The position numbers were made by a program, and so were the translations under genes. A stretch of 64,000 bases of DNA from Neisseriaceae bacterium (GTDB taxonomy: Bacteria > Pseudomonadota > Gammaproteobacteria > Burkholderiales > Chromobacteriaceae), in assembly GCA_027484385.1 (NCBI GenBank), contig JAIXTB010000133.1, forward strand, positions 714 to 64,713. Direction: 5' to 3'. Each line of letters starts with the position of its first letter. Within the stretch, counting starts at the first letter, position 1. This document shows, one piece after another, positions 1 through 10,374 of the stretch. The notes under the pieces are model-generated. The model was given only the letters and a program-made list of their open reading frames with translations. It did no database searches and was not told the DNA's origin.

Positions 1-1196
1 AAACCGCGCCCACTCTCGCCAGCACGCGCAGCCTCGATCGCGGCATTCAGGGCCAGCAAGTTGGTCTGCTCGGCCACCTCGCGAATCACATTCACCACCG
101 ACGCGATATTCTTGCTGCGCTCTACCAGCTGGCTAATCTCGCCAGCGGTATCGCTCACCGTGGTGGCAATACTGCCGATGTCGTTCACCACTTGCTGGAT
201 AGCCAGGCCACCCTGGGTAGCCTGGCTGGCCCCTTCAGCCGACAGGGCGTGGGCTTCACGTGCTCGGTCGGCAACATGGCTCAGGCTGACCGTCATTTCT
301 TCTACCGCGGCCGCCATATGCGACGAGGCACTGCTCTGCTGGCTAGCGCTGGTGGCCACGCTACCGGAGGCTTGCTGCAACTGGCCGGCGGTGCCGGACA
401 CCTGGCTGATGCCAGCCTGAACGGTGTACAGGCTTTGCTGCAAACGCTCCAGCAAGCGGTTAAATGCACTGGCTGCGCTACCGATCTCATCTTGACCACT
501 CAGGCTGACACGGCGGGTAAAGTCCAGGTCGCGGCTAATCCCCTCAATCGCCTGCTGCATGCGGCCCAGGCCACCGGAGATATTGCGACACAGCAGCGTG
601 CCTGCCAAAGCCATCGCAGCCACCACAACTGCTAGCGCCACGGCCAGCTGGATCAGTGCTGTGCGGGCATCATTGCGGTTGGCTTGTTGCAGCTGTTCAG
701 CCAGCTTGCGGTTGTACGCTACGTGCTCATCCAGTGCCGCTACCAGTGCATTACCGCGCCCTTGCAGCGCACGGGCCACCGCTGCCTGCTGCTCGCCGTT
801 ACGCGACAGCGCCAATGTCGGTGCCAGGCCGTCACGATAGACTCGCAGGGACTGGCGGGTTTGTTCCAGCAGGCGCTTGTCTTCGGCATCCACCACCATT
901 GGCTCGTACGCTTTCAGCGATTGCTCCACCTCATCCAGCCGCGTGTTGATGACCTGCTCCGACTTCAGCTTGGCGTCAGCATCCGCGTTAGCCAAATGCT
1001 TCCACACCTCATTACGGGCAGACCAGGTGAGGTTGCCGATTTTGGCCAGCAATTCAACGCTGGGCAGGATGTTGCCGGTAAAAGAATCAAAGCGCTCGTC
1101 AGCCTGGTTCAGCTTGAATACTCCAGCCAGCCCCACCGCAATCACCACACAACAACTACAGACAAACGCCAGGATAAGTTTCGATACGATCTTCAT
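1..1196 (-). CDS. Methyl-accepting chemotaxis protein (4-helix-bundle sensor, HAMP, signalling domain); 3' end runs off the window
   Basis: Manual translation from ATG at 1196: MKIVSKLILAFVCS...[22 protein letters not shown], the MCP signature. Missing from the ORF track because its stop is outside the window. Confidence 0.92.
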   Translation of the reverse strand, partial: MKIVSKLILAFVCSCCVVIAVGLAGVFKLNQADERFDSFTGNILPSVELLAKIGNLTWSARNEVWKHLANADADAKLKSEQVINTRLDEVEQSLKAYEPMVVDAEDKRLLEQTRQSLRVYRDGLAPTLALSRNGEQQAAVARALQGRGNALVAALDEHVAYNRKLAEQLQQANRNDARTALIQLAVALAVVVAAMALAGTLLCRNISGGLGRMQQAIEGISRDLDFTRRVSLSGQDEIGSAASAFNRLLERLQQSLYTVQAGISQVSGTAGQLQQASGSVATSASQQSSASSHMAAAVEEMTVSLSHVADRAREAHALSAEGASQATQGGLAIQQVVNDIGSIATTVSDTAGEISQLVERSKNIASVVNVIREVAEQTNLLALNAAIEAARAGESGRG

Positions 1197-1575
1197 TGCA
1201 GTGCCCTTGAGTAGATACGACAGGTTTGCCTGTTTGCGCCGCCATGTGCCGCTATAGGCTATTGATTCTTATTGCATATCTTATAAGGCGCAAAAAAGCG
1301 TAAGGAATATATCATGTCATGAAGTGTTCATTTATCGAACTAGATGCAGGTGTGGCCAGCGCGCAGAGGTGTGTGAAGAAGCGCCGCAGCACACCCGTCT
1401 GCTTTTACCTTGTTCTTTCAAAGATTTAAGCAGACAGACCGTTGTGGCTTCAACGCACACCACGTCGTAACAACCCAGGCAGGTAGGCGTGAAAAAGCCG
1501 GTGCATGCGCACCGGCCTGATGAGTGGAAAGAGAAACAACCTAGCTGGCCACTCGCCACCAGCCTGCTGCGTACA

Positions 1576-3180
1576 CTACACGCGGTAGCGGTTGGCCTCT
1601 TCGCGCATTTGCACCGCCACCGTGCCCAGCGTGTCGGCCAGGCCTGCGGCCCTGCCCGCCGCCTCGCTATTGCTTTCGGCACCCTGTGCAACGTGCTCTA
1701 CCTGCCTGGCGATACTATTGGTTGCCGCACTTTGCTCCAGGATGGCATTACTGATGTCCGTGACCAGACAGGCACTCTGACGGGCGCCCTCCAGCAGCTG
1801 CAGTATGTTGACGCGTGCCGACACCACCCCCTGTTGGCCGCGTGCGACCTGCGTTACTGCCTGGTCCATCTGTGTCACCACATTACTGCTGACTTGTTGA
1901 ATTGCCTGGATGATCTGGCCGATTTCCTGGGTAGACGCCGCCGTGCGCTCCGCCAGCTTGCGCACCTCATCCGCTACCACGGCAAAGCCGCGACCGCTTT
2001 CGCCCGCGCGGGCAGCCTCGATCGCCGCGTTCAAGGCCAACAGGTTGGTCTGGTCTGCGACATCGCGAATCACGCTGACCACCGAGGCAATATTCTGGCT
2101 GCGTTCGGCCAAGACCGTCATCTGCGTGGCGGTATCGCTCACCGTACTGGCAATGGTGCCGATATCGCTGACCACCTGCTCGATCGCGCGCTCGCCCTCA
2201 CTCGCTTGCTGCGCGCCGGCCGCAGACAAGGCTTGTGCTTCACTGGCCCGGTCTGCCACGTGGCTCAGGCTGACCGTCATTTCCTCTACAGCGGCAGCCA
2301 TCTGCGCCGAGGCGTGGCTTTGCTGGCTGGCGCTACTGGCCACCTGTTGCGAAGCATCTTGCAACTGCTGCGAGGCTGCGGAGACTTGCACAATACCGCT
2401 TTGCAGGCTTTGCAAGCTTTGCTGCAGTCGGGTAGTGAGGCCATCAAAATCACCCGCCGCCAGGCTAACCTCATCGCGACCATCGCAGCCCACACGGCGG
2501 CGGAAATCCAGGTCGCGGCTGATATCACTGATCGCGCTTTGCAAGCGGGCCAAGCCAAGACGAATGGAACGTGACAGCAAACCACCCGCGGTCGCCAGCA
2601 ACACAATCGCCGCCAGCACGATCAAGGCAAATTGCAGCTTTGCACGCTGGGCGGCATCGGCATTGGCATCGTCGGTCTGCTTGCTGAGCTGGTCGTTATA
2701 CGCAATATGTTCTTCCCATACCTTGATCAGGTCATTCCCGTGGCCACCACTGGCAATCTGCACTGCCGCCTGCATGTTGCCAGCACGTGATAAATCCAGC
2801 ATGGGTTTGAGTTCCGCCTTATATACTGCATAAATGGCTTTGCTGCGCTCGAACAGGTTTTTGTCCTGCTCGTCCACCACGTAATTGGCATACTGCGAAA
2901 AGTTTTTATCTATATCACCAAACAGTGCATAAATATCTGATTCATATTGTTTTTTCCTGTTCACATCTGGCTCTGCCAGGTGTTTCCAGAACAATACGCG
3001 TACTTGCCAGATATCATTTTTGGAATCATTAAGAATATGAATGCTGGGCAAGATATTGTCGGTAAAATAATCAAAGCGCTTTTCGGCCTCATTGATTTTC
3101 CAGACACCCAAACTACCCACTAGTGCTAATGCCAGACTACTACTGATAATAATAGCTATTATTTTTGATACGATTTTCAT
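1576..3180 (-). CDS. Methyl-accepting chemotaxis protein, tandem paralog of the gene at 1-1196
   Basis: [35 protein letters not shown] motif and two TM segments. Start placed at MKIVSK (3180) by analogy to the paralog. Confidence 0.93.
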   Translation of the reverse strand: MKIVSKIIAIIISSSLALALVGSLGVWKINEAEKRFDYFTDNILPSIHILNDSKNDIWQVRVLFWKHLAEPDVNRKKQYESDIYALFGDIDKNFSQYANYVVDEQDKNLFERSKAIYAVYKAELKPMLDLSRAGNMQAAVQIASGGHGNDLIKVWEEHIAYNDQLSKQTDDANADAAQRAKLQFALIVLAAIVLLATAGGLLSRSIRLGLARLQSAISDISRDLDFRRRVGCDGRDEVSLAAGDFDGLTTRLQQSLQSLQSGIVQVSAASQQLQDASQQVASSASQQSHASAQMAAAVEEMTVSLSHVADRASEAQALSAAGAQQASEGERAIEQVVSDIGTIASTVSDTATQMTVLAERSQNIASVVSVIRDVADQTNLLALNAAIEAARAGESGRGFAVVADEVRKLAERTAASTQEIGQIIQAIQQVSSNVVTQMDQAVTQVARGQQGVVSARVNILQLLEGARQSACLVTDISNAILEQSAATNSIARQVEHVAQGAESNSEAAGRAAGLADTLGTVAVQMREEANRYRV

Positions 3181-3306
3181 GTTTTCTCTCACCGGAATGG
3201 CTATTGCCTGATTTTTATTGTGCAAGCCCTGCCAGAGATACGGTGAAAATGCCCCATGAGCAATGTGGGATTTCCCCAGTACAAGGCGCTGGCCGCACCC
3301 GTCACC

Positions 3307-3335
3307 TTGCCACCCGCTATCCCAGCCCGTAGAAT
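3307..3335 (+). promoter_or_regulatory. Sigma70-type promoter for the ykgJ-like/VF530 pair
   Basis: TTGCCA-N17-TAGAAT, about 60 nt upstream of the start at 3394. Confidence 0.6.
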
Positions 3336-3393
3336 GCGCAGCTTTCGCCAGCTGGCGGATTGTTTTTTGAATTCAATGCTTTAAGGGTGATGT

Positions 3394-3789
3394 GTGTCTG
3401 ATATCGAGCGCCTGGATACCTGGGTGAAATACAAAAACGGGCTGTGCAGCGACTGCATGGCATCCTGTTGCAGCATGCCGGTAGAGGTAAAGCTGCCAGA
3501 CCTGGTGCGCATGGGCATTGTGGACGAGTTCGAGCTGCAAGAGCCGGTGAAGAACATTGCCAAACGTCTGGAAAAGCAGCGCATCATCCAGCATTTCAAC
3601 TTCAAGTACGAAGTATTCACTCTCAGCCGCCGCGCCAACGGCGACTGTATGTACCTGGACCAGAAAACCCGGCTGTGCACCATCTACGAACTGCGCCCCA
3701 ATACCTGCCGTAACCACCCCAAGGTCGGCCCGCGCCCGGGCTACTGCGCCTATACCAAAAACCCCAATCACGGCCGCCGGAGCACCTGA
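3394..3789 (+). CDS. YkgJ-family cysteine-cluster (putative Fe-S/Zn) protein
   Basis: CSDCMASCC ... CMYLD ... [12 protein letters not shown] pattern. Confidence 0.85.
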   Translation: MSDIERLDTWVKYKNGLCSDCMASCCSMPVEVKLPDLVRMGIVDEFELQEPVKNIAKRLEKQRIIQHFNFKYEVFTLSRRANGDCMYLDQKTRLCTIYELRPNTCRNHPKVGPRPGYCAYTKNPNHGRRST

Positions 3790-4094
3790 TGAGCGACAAA
3801 CCCGCCCCTAAAGACCCGCTGCAAGGCGTGACCCTGGAAGCGCTGCTGAACGAGCTGGTGGCGCACTATGGTTGGCCGCAGCTGGGCCGGCTGGTGAAGA
3901 TCCGCTGCTTCAACAGCGACCCCAGCATCAAGTCCAGCCTCACCTTTCTGCGCCGCACGCCATGGGCACGGGCCGAAGTCGAGGCGCTGTACATCCAGCT
4001 GAAAACACCCAAACCCGCCCGCCCGCCACGCACACACACCAGCCAGGGCAACGCCCCGCGCGTGCTGTTTGGCCGCAAGCCGGACGCCAGCTAA
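3789..4094 (+). CDS. VF530/DUF2132-family putative DNA-binding protein
   Basis: DPLQGVTLE...YGW..L...[24 protein letters not shown] family signature. Confidence 0.85.
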   Translation: MSDKPAPKDPLQGVTLEALLNELVAHYGWPQLGRLVKIRCFNSDPSIKSSLTFLRRTPWARAEVEALYIQLKTPKPARPPRTHTSQGNAPRVLFGRKPDAS

Positions 4095-4145
4095 ACCCTG
4101 CCCGGGCGGGCATATTGCCAGCCGATAGCATGACAGCTACACAGC

Positions 4146-4188
4146 CAATACATTACTATTGATAACCGTTATCAATAGTAATGTATTG
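4146..4188. promoter_or_regulatory. Fur-box-centred perfect 21-1-21 inverted repeat upstream of the ECF sigma gene
   Basis: caatacattactattgataac-c-gttatcaatagtaatgtattg. The core TGATAAC-C-GTTATCA resembles the 7-1-7 Fur box, and it lies directly upstream of an iron-uptake operon. Confidence 0.8.
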
Positions 4189-4190
4189 CG

Positions 4191-4715
4191 ATGACTGCTG
4201 CCTTGCTCCCGCCTGCCGCCACGCCACAGCACTGGTTCGGCATAGACCTGCACTGGGCCTACGCCGAGCTGCTGTCGGCACTGCGTCGCCAGTGCGGCTG
4301 CCCGCAGCGCGCCAAAGACGTGTTGCACGACGCCTTGCTGCGCTACGCGCTATTACAGCACCGCAGCCAGGTAGCCGAGCCGCAAGCCTACCTGCGCCGC
4401 GTGGCACAAAGCGTGCTGAGCGACCAGCTGCGGCGCGACCAGCGCTATGTCTTCGAGGCCGCGCCTGATGAGCAGCGGCTGCCCGCCACCCCCGACACCG
4501 CCGACCTGGCCGCGCTACGCCAGCGCCTGGCGCTGCTGCAGCACGTGATCAACACCCTGCCGCCACGCTGCCGCGAGGTGTTCTGGCGCGTGCGGGTAGA
4601 AGGCAGTAGCCAGCCCGAGGTAGCCGCCGCGCTAGGTATCAGCCTCAATATGGTGGAACGCCACCTGATACGCGCCATGCTGGACCTGCGCGCGCTGCAA
4701 GAGCAGGGCGCATGA
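4191..4715 (+). CDS. FecI-like ECF sigma factor
   Basis: Region 2 (AKDVLHDA...AYLRRVA) and region 4 (LPPRCREVF...VAAALGIS.NMVERHL); overlaps the fecR-like gene. Confidence 0.88.
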   Translation: MTAALLPPAATPQHWFGIDLHWAYAELLSALRRQCGCPQRAKDVLHDALLRYALLQHRSQVAEPQAYLRRVAQSVLSDQLRRDQRYVFEAAPDEQRLPATPDTADLAALRQRLALLQHVINTLPPRCREVFWRVRVEGSSQPEVAAALGISLNMVERHLIRAMLDLRALQEQGA

Positions 4716-5638
4716 GCGGGCTACGCGAAGAAGCGGCACGCTGGTTCCTGCGCCTGCAAGCCCGGCCCGACGACGACAGCCTGCGCACCCGTTTTGAGGC
4801 CTGGCTGCTGGCCGACCCGCGCCACGCCCACGAATACCGCCAGTTCGACAGCCTGTGGCACGGGCTGGATCGGCCCGACACGCTGCAACAGCTGGCCCGC
4901 GCCGCCGAAATCCGCCGCCAGCAACGCCGCCAGCTGCTCAAAGGCAGCGCCGCCAGCGTGCTGCTGGGCGTGGCCGGCTGGCGCTTGTGGGCCTGGCGCG
5001 ACGCGCAGCCGCAATGGCAAACCACGCTAGCCAGCCGCCGCGCACCACTAAGGCAAACCCTGCCCGACGGCAGCGTGCTCACCCTGAACGCCGCCAGCCG
5101 CGCCAGCGTGCGCTACCTGGCCGCCATGCGCCACGTGCAGCTGGACGCCGGCCGCGCGCTGTTTGACGTGCAGCGCGATAGCGAGCGGCCGTTTGTGGTT
5201 AGCACCCCGCTGGGCCAGGTCACCGTGCTGGGCACCCATTTTGCCGTACAGCTGGACGGCCAGCAGCTGCATGTGGCGGTGGCCAGCGGTCGGGTAAAGG
5301 TTGGCCGCCACGCCGGTGACAGCCTGGCCGTACTGCAAGCGGGCGACTACCTGACGCTGGGGCCAGCCGGTGCACAGCGTACAGCGGCGCCGGCGGTAGA
5401 CCCTTTCCTGTGGGCGCAGGGTACGCTGGCCTTCCACAACGCCACCCTGCAGCAAGTAGCCGCCACGCTGACGCCGTACCACCACCAAACTATCCGGGTA
5501 GAAGCCAGCCCGCAGCTGCGCCTCACCGCCGTGGTACAGCTGCGCGACCTGTCCACCTTTCTGCAACGCCTGCCGCAAGTGCTGCCGGTCAGCCTGGTAG
5601 ACACCCCCACCGCCACCGTGCTGCGCCAACGCCGTTAA
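4712..5638 (+). CDS. FecR-family anti-sigma/signal transducer
   Basis: N-terminal EAARWF...FEAWL..DPRH, a TM segment, and LPDGS.LTLN / GQVTVLGT.F motifs. Confidence 0.9.
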   Translation: MSGLREEAARWFLRLQARPDDDSLRTRFEAWLLADPRHAHEYRQFDSLWHGLDRPDTLQQLARAAEIRRQQRRQLLKGSAASVLLGVAGWRLWAWRDAQPQWQTTLASRRAPLRQTLPDGSVLTLNAASRASVRYLAAMRHVQLDAGRALFDVQRDSERPFVVSTPLGQVTVLGTHFAVQLDGQQLHVAVASGRVKVGRHAGDSLAVLQAGDYLTLGPAGAQRTAAPAVDPFLWAQGTLAFHNATLQQVAATLTPYHHQTIRVEASPQLRLTAVVQLRDLSTFLQRLPQVLPVSLVDTPTATVLRQRR

Positions 5639-5661
5639 AAAAAGTTGCGGCCAACTCATCA

Positions 5662-5685
5662 GGGAAAACCGTCGGCCAAACGTCA
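5662..5685 (+). promoter_or_regulatory. Possible ECF (FecI-type) promoter for the receptor gene
   Basis: GGGAAAA ... CGTCA arrangement in the fecR-receptor intergenic gap; pattern match only. Confidence 0.3.
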
Positions 5686-5748
5686 GACACAGGACAAGCA
5701 CCCGTAGCCGCCGCCATCAGGTGCCCCCACCCTGAACGGAGCACTCGC

Positions 5749-8064
5749 ATGACACCTCGCCACACCCTGCTGGCGGCCACGCTGGCCGCCGCCTTCGCCA
5801 GCGCCCAGGCAGCAGACCTGCAGCTGGATCAAGCCGGCCAGCCGCTGGCCAGCAGCCTGCAGCAACTGGCCCGCCAGGCCGGCATTACCCTGATCGTGGA
5901 CAGCAGCCTGCTGGCCGGCAAACAAGCCCCGGCGCTGAAAGGCCAGATGAGCTGGCAAGCCGCCCTGCAACAGCTGCTGGCAGGTAGCGGCCTGCAGCTG
6001 CGCGTGGATGGCAATACCGTTACCGTGCTGCCGGCCCCCCGCGCAGCACACGCCACCACCACGCTGCCCACCGTGCAGGTCACCGCCGACACAGCGGCCA
6101 ACCCCGGCCTGCCTGCCAGCTACCACAGCCGCGCCGCGCGCAGCGGCAGCAAGACCCGCACCCCGCTGGCCGAGGTGCCACAGGCAGTCAGCGTGGTGAA
6201 TACGCTACAGCTGCAAGACCAGCGCGCCGCCACCGTGGCCGAGGCGGTGAGCTACACCCCCGGTGTGGCGGTGTACCCCACCGCGCTCACCGACGACGAC
6301 GTCATCCTGCGTGGCTTTGGTGTGTCCAAAGACGGCCTGTACCGCGACGGCCTGCGCCTGTACCACAACGCCTTCATCAGCCGCAGCGAGCCCTACGGCC
6401 TGGAGCGGGTAGAAGTGGTACGCGGCCCGGCCTCGGTGCTGTACGGCCGTGCCACCCCCGGCGGCATGGTGAACATGGTAAGCAAGCAACCCCGCGCCGG
6501 CATGCAGAACGAAATCGTGGTGGAAAGCGGCAGCCACGGCCACCGTCAGCTGGCCGCTGACATCGGCGGCCAGCTGGACGACGCCGGCACGCTGCGCTAC
6601 CGCCTCACCGCGCTGGGCCGCGACAGCGATACGCAGTGGCAATACCTGCCCGACAACCGCCGCTACCTGGCGGCGGCACTGAGCTGGCAGCCCAGCGACG
6701 CCACCAGCCTGCTGCTGCAGGCGCAGTACCAGCACGACGAAAACGGCTGGGCCGTACCCAGCCAGCTAGTCAGCCCCGGCGCCTTGGGCCAGCCGGATGC
6801 CAGCACCAACCTGCAAGGCCCGGACACGCTGCACGACAAAAAGGGCAGCATGCTGGGCTACCAGTTCAGCCACGCCTTCAACCCGGCGCTGACGCTGCGC
6901 CAGAACGTGCGCTACCTGGACGGCGACAACACCCGGCGCGAGGTACGCCCGCTGGCGCTGGCCGCCGACGGCCGCACGCTCAGCCGCCGCGCCTGGTACC
7001 GCCTGAACCAGGAAACCTCGCTGGCCGCCGACACTCAGCTGGAAAGCCGGCTGCAGCACGGCGATATCCAGCACACGCTGCTGGCCGGCGTGGACTGGCG
7101 CCGCAGTACCTTCCGCCACCCCACCTACCGTGGTGCGGCCAACGCGGTAGACATCTTCAACCCGGTGTTCACCGTACCGGCCTGGGAAAATCTGCCGCTG
7201 CTGTGGGACGACAAAGACACCTCGCGCCAGCTGGGCGTCTACCTGCAAGACCAGGTCAAGCTGGGCGAGCGCTGGGCGGTAACCGCCGGCCTGCGCCACG
7301 ACAAAGTGCGTGACAGCAACGAGCAGCTGGTTGCCAAGCTCACCACCACCGACCGCAGCAGCGCCACCACCGGCCGCCTGGGCGTGGTGTACCTGGCCGC
7401 CAACGGCCTAGCGCCGTACCTCAGCTACAGCACCTCGTTCCAGGCCATCAGCGGCAACGACGCCTACGGCCAGCGCATGAAACCGGAGCAAGGCGAGCAG
7501 TGGGAAGCCGGCGTGCGCTACCAGCCGGAAGACAGCGACACCACGCTGGCGGCCAGCGTGTACCAGCTGCTGCGCGACAACGTCACCACCACCGCGCCGG
7601 CCCCGCTGAGCGGCAATGTGCAAACCGGCCAGGTACGCGCCCGCGGCGTGGAGCTGGAAGCCAGCCTGCGCCTGGCGCGGCAGTGGGACCTGCTGGCCGC
7701 ACTAAGCCATACCGACACCGCCATTACCCGCAGCAACAAGGCCAATGAAGTGGGCCGCCGCGTGGAAATGGTGCCCGACTGGCAAGCCGCGCTGTGGGCC
7801 AAGTACCGCTTTGCCGGCGCACTGCAAGGCATCAGCAGCGCCGTTGGCGTGCGCCACGCTGCCACGTCGCAAGGCGGTGGAGCCAGCCACAACGATGCCT
7901 ACACGCTGACCGACGCCATGCTGGCGTGGGAAAACCGCAGCTGGCGTGCCGCGCTGAACGTGAGCAACGTGTTCGACCAGCACTACCTGACGCTGTGCGA
8001 CGGCACCTTCTGCGCGCCGGGCTTTGGCCGCGCCACGAAGGCGTCGCTGGCCTACCGCTGGTAA
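5749..8064 (+). CDS. TonB-dependent siderophore receptor with N-terminal signalling (STN) domain
   Basis: Signal peptide, STN-like LASSLQQLARQAG, plug ERVEVVRGPASVLYG, C-terminal aromatic residue (YRW). Start at 5749 after a GGAG RBS. Confidence 0.93.
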   Translation: MTPRHTLLAATLAAAFASAQAADLQLDQAGQPLASSLQQLARQAGITLIVDSSLLAGKQAPALKGQMSWQAALQQLLAGSGLQLRVDGNTVTVLPAPRAAHATTTLPTVQVTADTAANPGLPASYHSRAARSGSKTRTPLAEVPQAVSVVNTLQLQDQRAATVAEAVSYTPGVAVYPTALTDDDVILRGFGVSKDGLYRDGLRLYHNAFISRSEPYGLERVEVVRGPASVLYGRATPGGMVNMVSKQPRAGMQNEIVVESGSHGHRQLAADIGGQLDDAGTLRYRLTALGRDSDTQWQYLPDNRRYLAAALSWQPSDATSLLLQAQYQHDENGWAVPSQLVSPGALGQPDASTNLQGPDTLHDKKGSMLGYQFSHAFNPALTLRQNVRYLDGDNTRREVRPLALAADGRTLSRRAWYRLNQETSLAADTQLESRLQHGDIQHTLLAGVDWRRSTFRHPTYRGAANAVDIFNPVFTVPAWENLPLLWDDKDTSRQLGVYLQDQVKLGERWAVTAGLRHDKVRDSNEQLVAKLTTTDRSSATTGRLGVVYLAANGLAPYLSYSTSFQAISGNDAYGQRMKPEQGEQWEAGVRYQPEDSDTTLAASVYQLLRDNVTTTAPAPLSGNVQTGQVRARGVELEASLRLARQWDLLAALSHTDTAITRSNKANEVGRRVEMVPDWQAALWAKYRFAGALQGISSAVGVRHAATSQGGGASHNDAYTLTDAMLAWENRSWRAALNVSNVFDQHYLTLCDGTFCAPGFGRATKASLAYRW

Positions 8065-8068
8065 GCGC

Positions 8069-8105
8069 TGCGGCCAACCTGCGCCACCCGGCCAGGTTGG
8101 CCGCA
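8069..8105. repeat. Inverted pair of the TGCGGCCAACCT motif (hairpin)
   Basis: TGCGGCCAACCT-gcgccacccggcc-AGGTTGGCCGCA immediately after the receptor stop codon. Confidence 0.85.
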
Positions 8106-8185
8106 CACCTTGCCACGGCAGCAAAACAGATTGCGCGTTTCGCAAACGCCCCACGCCAGCGGCAGTGAAATACTGCCACTTTGTT

Positions 8186-8199
8186 GCAAATCATTCTCA
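8186..8199 (+). promoter_or_regulatory. Partial Fur-box-like site upstream of the ABC substrate-binding gene
   Basis: GCAAATCATTCTCA resembles the right part of a Fur box. Confidence 0.4.
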
Positions 8200-8209
8200 G
8201 GAACAAGCC

Positions 8210-9325
8210 ATGATTTCCCTCCTGCCGCGCACCGCCCGCCTCGGGCTTTCCCTGCTGGCCGTGCTGGCCAGCCAGCACGCCGCCGCCGTGGTGGTAACCG
8301 ATATCGCCGGCCGCAGCGTCCAGGTGCCGGACAAGGTAGAACGCGTGCTGCTGGGCGAAGGGCGGCTGTTTTATGCGCTATCGCTGCTGGAAGGCAAACA
8401 GCCGCTGGCGCGCATAGCCGGCTGGCAGGGCGACTTCCGCCTGCTGGACCCGCAAGGCTACGCCGAGTACCGCCAGCACTTTCCCGAGATCGACAAGATC
8501 CCGCTGATCGGCAAGACCAACGAAGCCAGCATCAGCCCGGAAAAAGTGCTGACCCTGCGCCCGGACCTGGCCATTTTCAGCACCTCCGGCCATGGCCCCA
8601 GCCTGGACAACCCCATCGTCAAACAGCTGACTCAGGCCGGCGTGGCGGTGATCTTTGTGGATTTCCGCGACAAACCGCTGGAACACACCGTGCCCAGCCT
8701 GCGCCTGATGGGCAAGGCGCTGGGGCGCAGCCAGCAGGCAGAAAGCTTCATCCGCTTCTATGAAGACAAGCGCAACAACATCCAGCGCCGCCTGGCGACG
8801 GTACCGGCTGCGCAGCGCCCACTGGTGTTTGCCGACGTACGCGCTGGCACCATCGAGGAGCTCACCACCGCCGGCAAGGGCAGCTTTGGCGAGCTGATTA
8901 CGCTGGCCGGCGGCCGCAACCTGGGCAGCGCGCTGCTGGATGCGCCGCTGGGCCAGGTGAACCCCGAACACGTACTGGTGCAAAAGCCCACGCATTACTT
9001 TGCCACCGGTGCCGTGGGCCCCAGCGACAAGACCGGGGTGAAATTCGGTGCCGCCGTCAGCCGCGCCGATGCGCTGGCGTCGCTGGCCGCCATGGGCCAG
9101 CGCGAGCAGCTAAAACGGCTGCCTGCCGCCCGCAGCGGCAACACCTTTGCCGGCTGGCACATGTTCTACATCATGCCGCAGCACATTATTCTGGCCGAGG
9201 CGATGGCCAAGTGGCTGCACCCGGCGCACTTTAAAGACGTGGACCCGGCACGCAGCTGGCAGGACATGCACCAGCGCTTTGCCGCCTTCACGCCGGCCGG
9301 CACCTACTGGGTAGGCAGCCGATGA
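8210..9325 (+). CDS. Periplasmic iron-siderophore ABC transporter substrate-binding protein
   Basis: Signal peptide and VTDIAGRSV.VP.KVERV motif; operon context. Confidence 0.88.
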   Translation: MISLLPRTARLGLSLLAVLASQHAAAVVVTDIAGRSVQVPDKVERVLLGEGRLFYALSLLEGKQPLARIAGWQGDFRLLDPQGYAEYRQHFPEIDKIPLIGKTNEASISPEKVLTLRPDLAIFSTSGHGPSLDNPIVKQLTQAGVAVIFVDFRDKPLEHTVPSLRLMGKALGRSQQAESFIRFYEDKRNNIQRRLATVPAAQRPLVFADVRAGTIEELTTAGKGSFGELITLAGGRNLGSALLDAPLGQVNPEHVLVQKPTHYFATGAVGPSDKTGVKFGAAVSRADALASLAAMGQREQLKRLPAARSGNTFAGWHMFYIMPQHIILAEAMAKWLHPAHFKDVDPARSWQDMHQRFAAFTPAGTYWVGSR

Positions 9326-10374
9326 GGGCAGGGCAGGCAAGCCTGGCCGGGCACGCGCCGGCCTACCAGGCGCTGCAGTGGCAGCGCCTGCTGTGGCTGG
9401 CGCTCTGGGCCGGCATCATCGTGCTGTCGCTGCTGGCCGACTTTACGCTGGGGCCGGCCGCGCTGAGCCTGGGCGAGCTGTGGCAGGCGCTGTGGCAGCA
9501 GGGCGACATGACCAACTACATCATCGTGTGGGACATCCGCCTGCCGTACGCGCTGATGGCGGTGCTGGTGGGCATGACGCTGGGCCTGGCCGGCGCCGAA
9601 ACGCAGACCGTGCTGCACAACCCGCTGGCCAGCCCGTTCACGCTGGGGCTGGACCAGGCGGCGGCGCTGGGCGCCTCGCTGGCCATCGTGCTGCAGGCCA
9701 GCCTGCCCGGTGTCAGCGGGCCGTGGATGGTGTCGGCCAACGCCTTTGTGTTTGCCATGGGCAGCGCGCTGCTGCTGGACGCGGTGGCGCGCCGCGCGCG
9801 GCTGTCCGGCAACGGCGTGGTGCTGCTGGGCATTGCCATGCTGTTCAGCTTCAACGCGCTAGTCTCGCTGCTACAGTTCGTGGCCAGCCCGGAGGCGCTA
9901 CAAAGCATGGTGTTCTGGACCATGGGCAGCCTGTCACGCGCCAACTGGCCGGTGCTGGGCCTGGTGGCGGGGGCGCTGCTGCTGGTGCTGCCGCTATCGC
10001 TGCGTAGCGCCTGGCGCCTGACCGCGCTGCGGCTGGGCGAAGACCGGGCGCAAAGTTTCGGCATCGACGTGCGCCGCCTGCGCCTGGCCAGCCTGCTGCG
10101 CGTGAGCCTCCTCACCGGCCTGGCGGTGGCCTTTGCCGGCACTATCGGCTTCATCGGCCTGATTGCCCCGCACATCGCCCGCCGCCTGTTCGGCGAAGAT
10201 CACCGCTTTTACCTGCCAGCTTCCATGCTGATCGGCGGCGCGGTGCTGTCGTGGGCGTCGCTGGCGTCCAAGAACCTGCTGCCTGGCATCATCATTCCGG
10301 TAGGTGTAGTCACTGCGCTGGTCGGCATTCCCTTTTTCGTATCGGTGGTGTTCCGCCACGGAGAACGCGCATGA
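9322..10374 (+). CDS. FecCD-family iron ABC permease
   Basis: IRLPY...NPLASPFTLG and G.IGFIGLIAPHIARRLFG.DHR motifs. Confidence 0.92.
   Translation: MRAGQASLAGHAPAYQALQWQRLLWLALWAGIIVLSLLADFTLGPAALSLGELWQALWQQGDMTNYIIVWDIRLPYALMAVLVGMTLGLAGAETQTVLHNPLASPFTLGLDQAAALGASLAIVLQASLPGVSGPWMVSANAFVFAMGSALLLDAVARRARLSGNGVVLLGIAMLFSFNALVSLLQFVASPEALQSMVFWTMGSLSRANWPVLGLVAGALLLVLPLSLRSAWRLTALRLGEDRAQSFGIDVRRLRLASLLRVSLLTGLAVAFAGTIGFIGLIAPHIARRLFGEDHRFYLPASMLIGGAVLSWASLASKNLLPGIIIPVGVVTALVGIPFFVSVVFRHGERA

Noticed and set aside
5410-5748. Long N-terminal extensions in the ORF track (receptor 5410, cpdB 12832, rarD 39261, waaA 54262, hutG 62569 and others)
   Set aside because: They overlap upstream genes or regulatory DNA. 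Downstream ATGs with RBS and signal peptides or family-typical N-termini fit better.
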